This document shows, in pieces, positions 1 to 10,703 of a DNA stretch of 64,000 nucleotides (position 1 is its first letter; each line of letters starts with the position of its first letter). The position numbers and the translations under genes were made by a program. The stretch lies in IMG/VR virus record IMGVR_UViG_2574180309_000001, positions 8,867 through 72,866 of that record; one strand, written 5' to 3'. The notes under the pieces are model-generated. The model did no database searches, was not told the origin of the DNA, and saw only the letters and a list, made by a program, of their open reading frames with translations. The DNA is from a virus. Its lineage: Duplodnaviria; Caudoviricetes.

Positions 1-333
1 CTCACTCAAATCATTTATACTCAAAGAATATAATTCACTACAGATAAAAACTGTTAAATCTAAATAGACTGACAATTCACAGTAATTAATATACACTTTA
101 TCTTTAACTAAGTAAAGTGTTTTTGAAGAAAATTACATTAAAAAGTCTTAAAAAAAATTATATCCATATATAAATGAAAATGTTTCTCAATTTAGTTGTT
201 TATAATCAGAGGATATAATTCACTGTGAATAATATCAAACCAATAATCCCATCTTTTCCAAAGTAGAACATCATGTCCGTATAAAAAGGTCATGACTAAG
301 GAAAATTAATCTAATTATTAATTTTTTCTACAT

Positions 334-424
334 AAAAAAGACACCCTAAGGTGCCTTCCTCCGACTTGAACCATCTTAATTTTAATAATATGTATTGGAC
401 TCCCATCCGAATATTATTTTACCA
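334..424 (-). repeat. Dispersed AAAAGACACCCTAAGGTG repeat / small RNA cassette (copy 1)
   Basis: Minus strand: extended -10 TGGTAAAAT, ~80 nt, then terminator hairpin AAGGCACC-TTAG-GGTGTCTTTT. Related copies at 57810, 58742, 60674, 61849, 62651. Confidence 0.7.
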
Positions 425-519
425 TGTTAAGTAATTTTATGCATTGAGGGGTATCGCCACATCACCATCAAGCTAAGGTTTTTATTTTTTTATTAAATCT
501 ATTAAAATATTTATTAGTA

Positions 520-1356
520 TTGGAAAAAATTTCTGGAGTGGATAAGAATATGGAGAAGATAGGAAATTGTAGATTATGTGGGATGGAAGGAATCCTTCAA
601 GATAGTCATATAGTGCCAAAGTTTATAGGTAGATGGATAAGAAAAACATCAGAAGCGGGAGATTTAAGGATTCCCTATAATCCTAATAAACCTGAATATG
701 ACCTGTTTAGTACACACCTCCTTTGTAAGAAATGTGAAGGTATCTTCAGTAAGTTTGAAACTACTTTTGCAAATAAGATATTTTATAAATACCAAGATAA
801 TGATAGAAAATTCGAATATGATGATTGGTTAATGAATTTTGTTATCTCATTAAGCTGGCGTATTGGAACTTTATATTTTGTTAATAATTCTTTTGATGAA
901 ACAAATAGCAAGCATGTGTTATTAAATGAGGCATTGAACTTATGGGGAAGTTATTTACTTGGCGACAATACAAATTATGGTAGTTATAATCACCACTTAT
1001 ATTTTGTAGATGAAAGTAAGATTTCTGAAGATTTTCCACCCGGATATAAATATTATTTTAATAGGAGTGTTGATGGGCATGTAAGCTATTTACCTAATGG
1101 TGAAATGAATATTTATTGCATGTTACCGGGAATGTTGATTGTTTCAAATATTTCTCCTAAATCAATAAAGGGGTGGAGGGGAACAATTATAAATCGCTTT
1201 GGAACACTTCATAAATACAAACAATACACTCCCATTAATATTGCAAATTACATGGTAGATCGCACTATAATTTCAAGCTATTCCCTTCTAAACGGCATTA
1301 GTGATCAGCAAATAGAAAAAATTAAAGTAAAAGCTTCAAAGAAAAAGGAAAGCTAG
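520..1356 (+). CDS. Putative Zn-binding HNH-like nuclease (defence-island protein)
   Basis: N-terminal CRLC...SHIVP...LLCKKCE pattern typical of HNH-type domains; ATG at 550 is an alternative start. Confidence 0.55.
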   Translation: MEKISGVDKNMEKIGNCRLCGMEGILQDSHIVPKFIGRWIRKTSEAGDLRIPYNPNKPEYDLFSTHLLCKKCEGIFSKFETTFANKIFYKYQDNDRKFEYDDWLMNFVISLSWRIGTLYFVNNSFDETNSKHVLLNEALNLWGSYLLGDNTNYGSYNHHLYFVDESKISEDFPPGYKYYFNRSVDGHVSYLPNGEMNIYCMLPGMLIVSNISPKSIKGWRGTIINRFGTLHKYKQYTPINIANYMVDRTIISSYSLLNGISDQQIEKIKVKASKKKES

Positions 1357-1734
1357 CTACTATGTTATAACTAGATTTTATTTTGCTTCATGTAAGTGTA
1401 TTAATATATAACTAGGATAAAGCCGTAGCCCTCGATGAAAATAATGGTGAACTCACCGTTGGATATTAGAGAAATTCCCCTTTATTTCTCATTAAAAATT
1501 TCATTTATGTTGTACAAATATTGAATAATGTTTTTTATCAGATATATAGGGGGATATGGTTGTAATATGGGAAGAAGTGTGTTTCAAAAGGTTACTTAGG
1601 AAATGGATTTTATTAAGCTTTTTGATTTCAAATAGACGGGACCTCCTGAGTTTTTTAAAATCATTAAATGAAAATTGGATTGGGTATCGTGTATGATATA
1701 GTAAGAGCTATTTTTACATAAAGGGGGATATTTT

Positions 1735-2379
1735 ATGAAGTTGAAAAAGGAAGATTTTATGGAGAATCTAATTGAAGCATATGATTTTTTAATTACTTCT
1801 GTTGATGTATTTGATAAAAAGCAAAAATATCATGAGGCCAAAAGAATGGCAACAACTGTTAGGGTTCTTTTACATGATACAAATCAATCAACATCATTGT
1901 TAAAACATCTAGACCGAAAAGATATACATTTTTGTGACTCTTCATTTAAACATGACATGGTTCAAGAGGATGGATCTATTTGCATTATGCCACTGAGTAA
2001 ACCAATGTATTATGAAGAGGTTAGTATTGATGGAGTTACACTGATACCGTACTTGAATGAGAATGAAGAGAAATACATTCCATTTAAGGAATGGTGGGAG
2101 GAACAAGTAATATTAACAAATGGATATGGTAACACATTTACAAGAAAAAGTATTGTTACAGAGCTTGCAAATCGAGACGGAGGTGCTCATGTTGATAGCA
2201 AACTTCGTGATTCTTACTTCCATTTGACTAGAGGGATTTCTACAGGAGAGACGTTTCAAAGAAATGATGGGGATCCTGAGCCAATTCCTAATCCTCATTT
2301 GTTTACAATGAGACAAATTACTTATGAGGTAATAAAAACATTAGAAAAAGAATTTAATGAATTTATTGAACTGGAATAG
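1735..2379 (+). CDS. Hypothetical protein with HEPN-like RxxxxH motif
   Basis: 214 aa, RBS GGGGGA; ANRDGGAHVD contains R-x4-H. Confidence 0.5.
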   Translation: MKLKKEDFMENLIEAYDFLITSVDVFDKKQKYHEAKRMATTVRVLLHDTNQSTSLLKHLDRKDIHFCDSSFKHDMVQEDGSICIMPLSKPMYYEEVSIDGVTLIPYLNENEEKYIPFKEWWEEQVILTNGYGNTFTRKSIVTELANRDGGAHVDSKLRDSYFHLTRGISTGETFQRNDGDPEPIPNPHLFTMRQITYEVIKTLEKEFNEFIELE

Positions 2380-2489
2380 AATTTTAATAAAAATGTTAGT
2401 TTGAAATAAAGTTGTATAATTTATTATCAAGACAATGAATTAATCTATTTTTGAAAAAGCTGCAAACTTAATGTTTAATAAAATGTAAC

Positions 2490-2580
2490 AAAAAAACACT
2501 ATTCAAATGAATAGTGTTTTTTTGGACTTTTAGCAAGCTGCGATAGCTTGACACGCCGTCTTGGCTATACGTTATTTTAT
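2490..2580 (-). ncRNA. Candidate AbiF-associated antitoxin RNA
   Basis: Minus-strand sigma-A promoter TTGACC(2615-2610)-17bp-TATATT(2592-2587), GC-richer core with hairpin CAAGCT-ATCGC-AGCTTG, terminator 2490-2523; directly downstream of the Abi_2 gene. Confidence 0.65.
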
Positions 2581-2631
2581 GAAATAAATATAACATATAT
2601 ACGAAAAAAGGTCAATAAATTAATGTTTAAT

Positions 2632-3855
2632 TTATATCCAGTAAAAAATATTTGAGTTTCCCATTCTATCTAATAAAGAAATTGCTATATCATGCTTTTC
2701 TTCATAACGATATTTCCATAATAATAATTTAATTTCCGTTAAATCAATGTATTGTTTTAAGACTTTTAAAACATCATATAACTTAAGGACATATTTGTTT
2801 GCTCTCATAGGTGTAAGACCTAATTCGGAAATTAAATGCTGGTTAATTTTTAAGGAACTTGATGTTCTGAAACGATTAACCAATTCGAAATGTGCACACG
2901 TATTACGTAATTCTCTAATGATTTGCAAAGAATTTAAAAATTTCTCTTTGTCTTTTGGTTTTAGATTGAAATCCCTTAAAATAGCATCAAAAGTACGTTT
3001 CTTTAGTCCATAAAGTAAAAGAATTAAATCATTAAACATTAGGGTTTTAATAACAACCCAAAATGGAGGATTGTTATATTCATTTATAAATGGAAACCTT
3101 GTTTTGCATTCATCGATATAATTTAACCCATATATTCTTTCATCCTTAATGGTTATTGGTGTAGTAATAGATGTTCCTGATGAAGGGGCAAGCGAATGAA
3201 TATGTGCTACTAATGATGCTTGTTTCGAATTAAAAAAGGTGCACTTACCTTGGACTGTATTTATTGATGTAGATCCAAATCTGCCCGTAAATGTTCCTTC
3301 AAGTATAGTTTGCCCACGGGCGGGATTATAAGTCACATCTCCAGAAAAATCTCCACTAAAAATGCCTTCGAAATAAGCTGATTTTTTAAATAATTTATGT
3401 TTCTTAAAATGTTTAGTATATTCTTTAGGTCCATCTGTTCTTTTGGGAAGAGAATAACTAGTAAGTTCAATGTATTTATTATTATCACATAAAGTAGAGC
3501 AATGATTTTTACTAAAATGATAAGATATAGAAGTCTTTAATTTGTTTTCGAGTTCCGAAATTTTTTGGAATATTAAACTTGAAAGTTGATTATCAAGTTT
3601 ATAAAGACTTAAAAAATCATCAAAGAAAACATTAGTATAATATTTAGATGTACCTTTAGGGTCATCTAATAAAAGGGTTTCAAAACCATTTATTAAATTA
3701 AAATAATTTTTTTCATGAAGATGTAATTTTGCATTTTTTAAATCTTGAATAGCTAAATTCCGATCTCTTAATAAACGTAATTGATCCACGACAGCTTTAA
3801 ACTCTTTATCTGAAGGCATCCCTAAAAATCTCCCCTTATTTTTATGTAACCACAT
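2632..3855 (-). CDS. Abi_2 family (AbiF/AbiD-like) HEPN RNase toxin
   Basis: N-terminal QLRLLRDRNLAI...NYFNLINGF, ELENKLK, PPFWVVI, HEPN motif RNTCAH; likely start MPSDK at 3819. Confidence 0.85.
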   Translation of the reverse strand: MWLHKNKGRFLGMPSDKEFKAVVDQLRLLRDRNLAIQDLKNAKLHLHEKNYFNLINGFETLLLDDPKGTSKYYTNVFFDDFLSLYKLDNQLSSLIFQKISELENKLKTSISYHFSKNHCSTLCDNNKYIELTSYSLPKRTDGPKEYTKHFKKHKLFKKSAYFEGIFSGDFSGDVTYNPARGQTILEGTFTGRFGSTSINTVQGKCTFFNSKQASLVAHIHSLAPSSGTSITTPITIKDERIYGLNYIDECKTRFPFINEYNNPPFWVVIKTLMFNDLILLLYGLKKRTFDAILRDFNLKPKDKEKFLNSLQIIRELRNTCAHFELVNRFRTSSSLKINQHLISELGLTPMRANKYVLKLYDVLKVLKQYIDLTEIKLLLWKYRYEEKHDIAISLLDRMGNSNIFYWI

Positions 3856-4352
3856 AATAAAAAGTAATAGTTAGAGACAATTTTAGTGAAATAAATATGT
3901 TAGTAACCTTTTGAATAACATATTTTCCTATTTGGATAAAATTTTATGTATTATCAAAAAAGTGTCTTTTATTACTTAGTAGTTAATAATTTATATATAT
4001 ATATTATAATAAAATCGGAAGAAATTTAAGTATATTTTAAATAGACATAAATAACCGCACGATTAAGATATATAATTTTTTTGAAAAGTATATTTAAAAA
4101 TTTGAATGTTATTTTAGATGGTATGTATTTTCAATTAGGTCTAGAATATGATTTTTTAGTAATCAATATAGAATTCGACTTGCATATATAGTTGTAATCA
4201 CATTTAGTTTGGTGTTCAAAAGAAAGTGAATTTTATTGCTTATTCCTTTGAAATGTAAGATTTTATGAACTCATGTAATGAGTCCGATTACAATAATTTG
4301 GTCATATTGTGTTGAATAAAAATAAAAAAGAGAACCATAGCTCTTTTTTTTA

Positions 4353-5621
4353 TTAAGTAGCATCTATTTTTGAAAACTTCGTAGCCAGTGAACAAACGAT
4401 GAATAGACAATATAGTTGAAGGTATAACATCACGTAGTTTTCCTCAGCAAATTCAATTAAATATTTTTCTGTTGTGATTTTTTTATCTTTAAAAATTAAT
4501 TTTTGACTAATAGACTCATATTCCACCGAGGCATGATTTATAGCATTTCGTATTTTATTATTTAGAATGGATAGATCATTATATCTGGAAACACCTGAAG
4601 ATATTTTTTTTAAGTATTGAATTTGAAGTCCAATTGGTTTATTTAAAAAATTTTCTAGTGAATTAGTATTGTCCGAAAATTTATTAATGTCTTTTCTGTT
4701 AATGATATTATCAATAACAACTATTAAAGGAATTATTTTCCCAAGTATTTCATAGTTTTCAGCATAATTTTGCAGTAGAGTCTTATAGTTAGCTGTGCTT
4801 AGACCATAATCCTCCTTTATTGTTTCAATCTTCTTATGGTTGAACGTTTCAGAAGTAATTATAGGAACAATATTAGGAATAATACTTATTGAAGAATAAA
4901 AAGCGTTAATTAAAGAATTAATTAGGCTAGGTAATTTATCTTGAAATAAGTCTTTAACTTTTTGAAATTCAATATTATCCTCATACATTTTATAAAGATT
5001 ATTTTTAATATCATCTACCTGGAACTTTTTCTCATTTAGCTTTAATAAAGGGCTGATACTATTTACAATTGCCGAAAATAATATAGAATATCTGTTTATA
5101 TTGTAATCAGTAGCAAATTTTTCTTCAGGTATATTTAAATTCCTAATTAATCTTTTTAGTTCTGAATAAACATATTTAACATTATTTTTGTTACTAAGTA
5201 CTAAATTGACAAGATTTTTATGATTGTTGACATCTTGTTGAATATCTTCAGCCAAGTAAACCGCTAACCCATTCATTTTTTCTATATGAGGACCAAGGTT
5301 TCTCATAAAAGGGCTTGGGGTAAAAGGAAAATAACCCTTAAGAGAAGAGAGTTTCTCATCATAGAATTCACCGGTTAGTTGAATACAGTAACCTTCTTTA
5401 GATTCTAAAATATTTCCAGTGAAATCTATTAAATTATCGAAATTCCAACCTATTCTAACATTTTTATTATCTACATTAATCGTTCCTTCAATCATTACTC
5501 CACAAGTTGGGCACTCGAAAGAAAAATGGTTTTCTGGTACATAACCAACTTGATATTTTATTAAATATGGAGTTTCACAAACCTTACATTTTGTTTTGAA
5601 ACTATGATTCATAATCATCAC
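4353..5621 (-). CDS. Zn-ribbon + C-terminal HEPN-like protein
   Basis: CKVC...CPTC at N-terminus; RNAINH (R-x4-H) near C-terminus; 422 aa. Confidence 0.6.
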   Translation of the reverse strand: MMIMNHSFKTKCKVCETPYLIKYQVGYVPENHFSFECPTCGVMIEGTINVDNKNVRIGWNFDNLIDFTGNILESKEGYCIQLTGEFYDEKLSSLKGYFPFTPSPFMRNLGPHIEKMNGLAVYLAEDIQQDVNNHKNLVNLVLSNKNNVKYVYSELKRLIRNLNIPEEKFATDYNINRYSILFSAIVNSISPLLKLNEKKFQVDDIKNNLYKMYEDNIEFQKVKDLFQDKLPSLINSLINAFYSSISIIPNIVPIITSETFNHKKIETIKEDYGLSTANYKTLLQNYAENYEILGKIIPLIVVIDNIINRKDINKFSDNTNSLENFLNKPIGLQIQYLKKISSGVSRYNDLSILNNKIRNAINHASVEYESISQKLIFKDKKITTEKYLIEFAEENYVMLYLQLYCLFIVCSLATKFSKIDAT

Positions 5622-5970
5622 CCCTTTTTAAGTCTATGTTATCATTTTTGCAATCAAGTAACAAAAAAGAGAGCCAACTGGCTTTTTCGTCATATTTGAT
5701 AAAATTATAAACTTCTAGAAGAAGGGGATAATCTCCACTTAAAATGAACTAGGGATACAGTATGTCTTTGTTGATGACCATTTAAATTATAAATTTTATT
5801 AATAAAATATTAACTTGAATACAATTTATTGTATTGGACAGGGATAATTTACATTCTTAGCATATTAGGTATAATTCTTAAATCTTGTGTTAGTTTATCT
5901 GTTTATATACTATACCATACCTTCTATAATAGAATTATTTGGAACATCATCATAAATATGGAGGGATTTT

Positions 5971-7851
5971 ATGTATATATCTGATGTGAAAATTTTGAAT
6001 TACAGAAGCTTTTCAGAGTTTAATGTAAGCTTGAATGAAGGCTTATCTATAATCATTGGAGAAAATAATGCGGGGAAATCCAATTTTTTAGAGGCGTTGA
6101 GTCTTATCTTTAATAGTAATTACTCATTACGAAAAAGAATATTACAACAAGAGGATTTTTGGAGTGGACTCAATATTCAAGGGAACTGGCCAGAGATTAC
6201 AATTGAGGCAACTTTAAAAGGAATCGAAACAGAAAACGATCTTGCTATTACAAGTAGATGGCTAACAAGAAATCCAGGAGAGGCAAAACTTACCTACAAG
6301 TACAAACCAAAGGCAAATATTTCGGTTTCAGCTCCTCTTGATGCTACCCCTATTAGCAAAATTCAGCTTCCCCTTCATGAGTATGAGTGGATAATTTATG
6401 GTGGGGAGCGTGAAACATTAGACACCTTTGATTTTAATATGCTATCCAAGTTTGGAGTCGAGTATGTAGGGGCTCTTAGAGATGCAAATGCTGAATTAAA
6501 AAAGTCCTCTGGTCAATTACAGAGAATCCTAAAAAATTTCGATCTTGGAGAAGAGGAGCTTCATAAGATTTCAGGAAAAATTGATGAACTTAATGAGCAA
6601 ATTATGCAAGGTAGAGAAATTCAGAAGGTACAGAGTGATATCAATGAACATCTTCGAAAAATTACAGGGACTATGAGACAGCAAGTAAAAATCCAAATGG
6701 GAGAAAGTGACTATGACGCTTTATTAAAAGATTTAAAGGTCCTAATTGGTTCATATGAAGACAGAGTACATTCTGTTGATATGAATGGCCTTGGTTATAA
6801 TAATTTGCTGTATATTAGCCTTTTACTTACTCAATATACAGCCATTAAGGAAAAGCGAAATCAAAATCATGACTATGTGTTTCCACTTTTAATTGTTGAG
6901 GAACCGGAAGCCCATCTGCATAGTCATTTACAAAAGTTCTTAGCTAATTATTTCTTTAATCAGAAAGTCGTAGGCCAGGTTATTATGACAACCCATTCTT
7001 CACACGTTAGTTCGCATGCAGAACTGGATAATTTAGTAGTGTTTTATAAGGGGAACAATAGGACATTATCTAAACGTATTGGAACAATTTTTGATACCAA
7101 TAAAAAAGAGGAAAGAGATTATAAACGGTATTTAGAAAGATGGTTAGATGCTACCAAATCTGATATTTTTTTTGGTAGAAGGGTCTTATTAGTAGAAGGA
7201 ATTGCAGAACGTCTATTAATACCGAAATTTTTCTCTATGCTACAAAATCGATACGCGGGAGAAGATAAAACATTAGAAAGTGAAGGGATATCTATTATTT
7301 CAGTAGATGGTGTAGCATTTAGACCATTTTTACAGTTATTTGGATCAAAGGGATTAGATATGAAGTGTGCTGTTTTGACTGATAGTGATCCAGAATCTGT
7401 TCCAGTAATAGACATGCATGGGGATGAAGTGATTGGAAGTGACGATAAGGTTGTAAAAGAGGCAGTTTATCCTACGAAATTTGGTGATTTTCCAATCTGT
7501 TCAAGAACAACTGGTTTAATTAATGATTTTAGCACATCCTCTAATATTTATATATCTAGTAATCTTAAAACATTTGAATATGATTTGATGATGGAGAATA
7601 ATGCATCTTTCTTTCGTGAGTTAATTCAAACATACGATATTGGAACAAAAACAGAAAGGGAAAGAATTGTTACTTTGGACGGGCACGAATTTGCAAAAGA
7701 AGCCTATGAAGTTATTTCAAAGGAGAAGGGTCAATTCTCCCAGTTCATATTAGATGAATTGAATAAAGGGAAAGTTCTTCATATTCCAGCATATATCAAG
7801 CAGGTATTTAGTTTTCTTACGAATGAAGAGGAGGTAAGAAGTGATGGTTGA
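5971..7851 (+). CDS. gajA: Gabija GajA, OLD-family ABC ATPase + TOPRIM nuclease
   Basis: Walker A GENNAGKS, EEPEAHLH, TTHS, TOPRIM LLVEGIAE and DSD; overlaps a downstream UvrD helicase. Confidence 0.88.
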   Translation: MYISDVKILNYRSFSEFNVSLNEGLSIIIGENNAGKSNFLEALSLIFNSNYSLRKRILQQEDFWSGLNIQGNWPEITIEATLKGIETENDLAITSRWLTRNPGEAKLTYKYKPKANISVSAPLDATPISKIQLPLHEYEWIIYGGERETLDTFDFNMLSKFGVEYVGALRDANAELKKSSGQLQRILKNFDLGEEELHKISGKIDELNEQIMQGREIQKVQSDINEHLRKITGTMRQQVKIQMGESDYDALLKDLKVLIGSYEDRVHSVDMNGLGYNNLLYISLLLTQYTAIKEKRNQNHDYVFPLLIVEEPEAHLHSHLQKFLANYFFNQKVVGQVIMTTHSSHVSSHAELDNLVVFYKGNNRTLSKRIGTIFDTNKKEERDYKRYLERWLDATKSDIFFGRRVLLVEGIAERLLIPKFFSMLQNRYAGEDKTLESEGISIISVDGVAFRPFLQLFGSKGLDMKCAVLTDSDPESVPVIDMHGDEVIGSDDKVVKEAVYPTKFGDFPICSRTTGLINDFSTSSNIYISSNLKTFEYDLMMENNASFFRELIQTYDIGTKTERERIVTLDGHEFAKEAYEVISKEKGQFSQFILDELNKGKVLHIPAYIKQVFSFLTNEEEVRSDG

Positions 7852-9637
7852 TAATGATGATTTCCGGAGAAGTATAGCATGTGCTCCTCATACTGATTCA
7901 ATTACTGTACAAGCTGGACCTGGAAGTGGTAAAACGACGTTATTGATAGAGCGGTTGAAATATATAATTGAAAATCGCATAAATGCTTTGTCCGGGATTG
8001 CTTGTATTACTTATACCAATGCGGCTAAAGAAGAGATCATGATGCGACTACAAAATGAAGGAGTGCAGCTACCTAATGAGCTGTTTATAGGAACAATCCA
8101 TTCATTTTTATTGGAGCATGTGATTAAACCCTATTCACACTTGAAGCATAAGGAAGGAATACCATATAAACTTGCTTCTGTGGGCTTTGCTAGGGGATAT
8201 AAAGATTATATTGCAAATATGTTAGGACGCCCCCATTATCATATTAATGAGAGTATATTTAAAGCGTTCGAGAGCCTGGGCCGTGATGAAAAGGGAAATC
8301 CTTATTGCTATAGAAATAAGATTTCTTCTTCAGATGCATTGACATGGAAGAGCTTTATTAAAAATAAAGGATACATAGATCAACAAGATGTGATTTATCT
8401 TTCTTACCTTATTTTAAAAAAATATGGTCATATTCGAAATGCATTTAGTTCTCGCTTTAAATATATTCTTGTAGATGAGTATCAAGATGTTACTTATTAT
8501 CAAGAGAAGTTATTTTCTTTGCTAGAACATTCTTCGTTCTTTTGCGTCGGGGATACAAATCAATCAATTTATAGCTTTACAGGAGCAAAGCCAGAAATAT
8601 TTCAAGCAAAGTGGAACAATGAGAGTTACAGAAACTATATGTTAACCAACAATTTTCGGAGTACGCAACACATTGTCCAGTTTGCTAATTATAAAACAGA
8701 AATTGAGCAAACTGGAGCTGGTAAAAATGCTACAAGAAAGCAAAAAGTGATATTTATAAAAGATATTAAAGAGGCTTCAGAGGCTATTCAATTGTTTCAA
8801 AGTATTTGTACAGATATAGAATGTGAGGAACAAAAGAAGCCATTTATGATTCTAGCTAGACGGAATGATTATGTGAAAAATATAAATAGTCTTTTAAAAA
8901 AACAAGAAGTGGAAGTAAGCCCTTTTTTTAAGAAATTAGCAAAAGAGCATTATCGTCGCTTTCAAATTTTGCAAAATCTCATATTGGCTATCTCATATAA
9001 GCGGAGAAACGAATTTGACAAAGCTGTTGAAAGAATGAGTGAAGCCTTCAGCTATTTATTTTTTAATGAACACCCTAATTATATTGCATTAGTTGAAATT
9101 GGATATAGTATGTTTATGTGGAAGAAATTGCAGATCTTTACGCTTCAGTTTTTAGATAACCTGGTATTAACAGAAACATCGGTGGAAGAGCTGTTTGAAG
9201 TACTGAAAAAATTTCTGATGGAAGAATCAAAAAAACTGTATGGTAAATCTATAGGGAAAAAACTAAATATGCTTAATTACAAATGGAAGAATCAAGTTAA
9301 AGCATCAAAGAATACCATGTTATCACATCTCATAGAGCAAGTAGAGCTACAAGGGCACTTTTCTGAAAGTGAAGGCTCTATTTTAAACATTCATGATGCA
9401 AAAGGTCAAGAAGCGGAATGTGTATTGGTAATGGCTGAATACGAATCTCAGCTTAAGGAGTGGCTTGGAAAAAATGGAGAAATAGAAGAAGCACGTGTAG
9501 GTTATGTGGCGTTTTCTAGAGCTAGAAAGTTATTATGTGTATGGGCTCCTTCCATTCAAGAAAGTAACTACATGCATTTACAACAACATGTTCAATTTGT
9601 AGATAAGGTCTATGCCGCTAAAATGGAAAGTGTTTAA
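7841..9637 (+). CDS. gajB: Gabija GajB, UvrD-like helicase
   Basis: AGPGSGKT, TYTNAA, TIHSF, VDEYQD, GDTNQSIY, NFRS, HDAKGQE, YVAFSRA motifs. Confidence 0.88.
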   Translation: MMVDNDDFRRSIACAPHTDSITVQAGPGSGKTTLLIERLKYIIENRINALSGIACITYTNAAKEEIMMRLQNEGVQLPNELFIGTIHSFLLEHVIKPYSHLKHKEGIPYKLASVGFARGYKDYIANMLGRPHYHINESIFKAFESLGRDEKGNPYCYRNKISSSDALTWKSFIKNKGYIDQQDVIYLSYLILKKYGHIRNAFSSRFKYILVDEYQDVTYYQEKLFSLLEHSSFFCVGDTNQSIYSFTGAKPEIFQAKWNNESYRNYMLTNNFRSTQHIVQFANYKTEIEQTGAGKNATRKQKVIFIKDIKEASEAIQLFQSICTDIECEEQKKPFMILARRNDYVKNINSLLKKQEVEVSPFFKKLAKEHYRRFQILQNLILAISYKRRNEFDKAVERMSEAFSYLFFNEHPNYIALVEIGYSMFMWKKLQIFTLQFLDNLVLTETSVEELFEVLKKFLMEESKKLYGKSIGKKLNMLNYKWKNQVKASKNTMLSHLIEQVELQGHFSESEGSILNIHDAKGQEAECVLVMAEYESQLKEWLGKNGEIEEARVGYVAFSRARKLLCVWAPSIQESNYMHLQQHVQFVDKVYAAKMESV

Positions 9638-9691
9638 AGGATATAACTTTCTGTAAGTATTCCCCAGTGAGTAGGAATATTAGCTGGATAG

Positions 9692-10012
9692 GATATTCCA
9701 GAGCCTAATAACAAAGCATACACACCTTTATTTGCTTCCATTGAAAAAGATAGTAATGGACAATGGTTTGTTAACTATTTATCTGTACTGCTCCAGTCCG
9801 GAGAAAACCATTTGCGTTCACGTTTAGCTCAACATAAACAAGTTGTAGAGAAGAAATTAGAAGAATATAAAGATGATTCCAAACTTCTAGACAAATATGG
9901 TTGGGTAGCAAACTATCACAATAATTTCTGTGAGAATTATGTGGGAAATTCAGAGGGTTATATAATTACACTTACTCATAAGTGTCCTAGCACGATTCTA
10001 TTATCAATTTGA
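9692..10012 (+). pseudogene. 5'-truncated gene remnant
   Basis: Open frame without start/RBS: ...DSNGQWFVNYL...KYGWVANYHNNFC, reads like a protein C-terminus. Confidence 0.45.
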
Positions 10013-10529
10013 AGAAGATGTTCTATTTTTACGTTTACTTCTTATGAAGTAGGACTAGAGAAATGGAAGTTTACAAAAATCAGGTGGTTATACAATTGAA
10101 AAGTTCAATTTATCGGTATTTAAATAGAGAAATCGAGCTTTTTTTGCTATATAAGCATTTCCAGCATTATAGGAAATTGCAAACTTTTGTGGAACGAATG
10201 CCCCTGTTAGTTAATTTAAAGTTACAAAACAAAAAGATCATTTACTATCTTTTTTGTTTTGTAACTTTTTCAAATACAATGAAACTTTCTTAGTAAAAGG
10301 ACCTCACAGCCGTTCATGAAGGTCTTCATAAGTTCCCGTGGTTATAATATACGGTAAAATATGCATTTGGCACTCTATACAGAAAGATGCACTATTGCAT
10401 ATCCTTATCCGTAAGTGTGAGAAAGCGTTGATATAAAGCTATTTTCAAACTTTCTCAACTTTTTTCTGATAACCACACGACTGAATTTTGGCAAAAATAT
10501 GATATTATGAAAATAATAAAATAAACGGA

Positions 10530-10617
10530 CGTAAAAAGACCCACGGTGCAAGTAGTGCTGGTAACACTCTTACACTGCCCCTACTACCCTAGGGAACATT
10601 GTCGCGGATCTTATACA
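10530..10617 (-). ncRNA. Antisense RNA in the aimR leader
   Basis: Minus-strand extended -10 TGTTATAAT (10630-10622); long closing stem whose plus-strand C-A mismatches are G-U on minus; ends in a U-run at ~10533. Confidence 0.5.
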
Positions 10618-10703
10618 TATAATTATAACACACCATAGATTGAGGGTGGCACGTTTTCCTTTATGGGGTTTACGTGTCTTTTGTTCCGGCAAGGAGGAGC
10701 AAA

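Noticed and set aside
10063-10293. 76-aa ORF
   Set aside because: No motifs and atypical composition; likely a chance ORF or decayed DNA.
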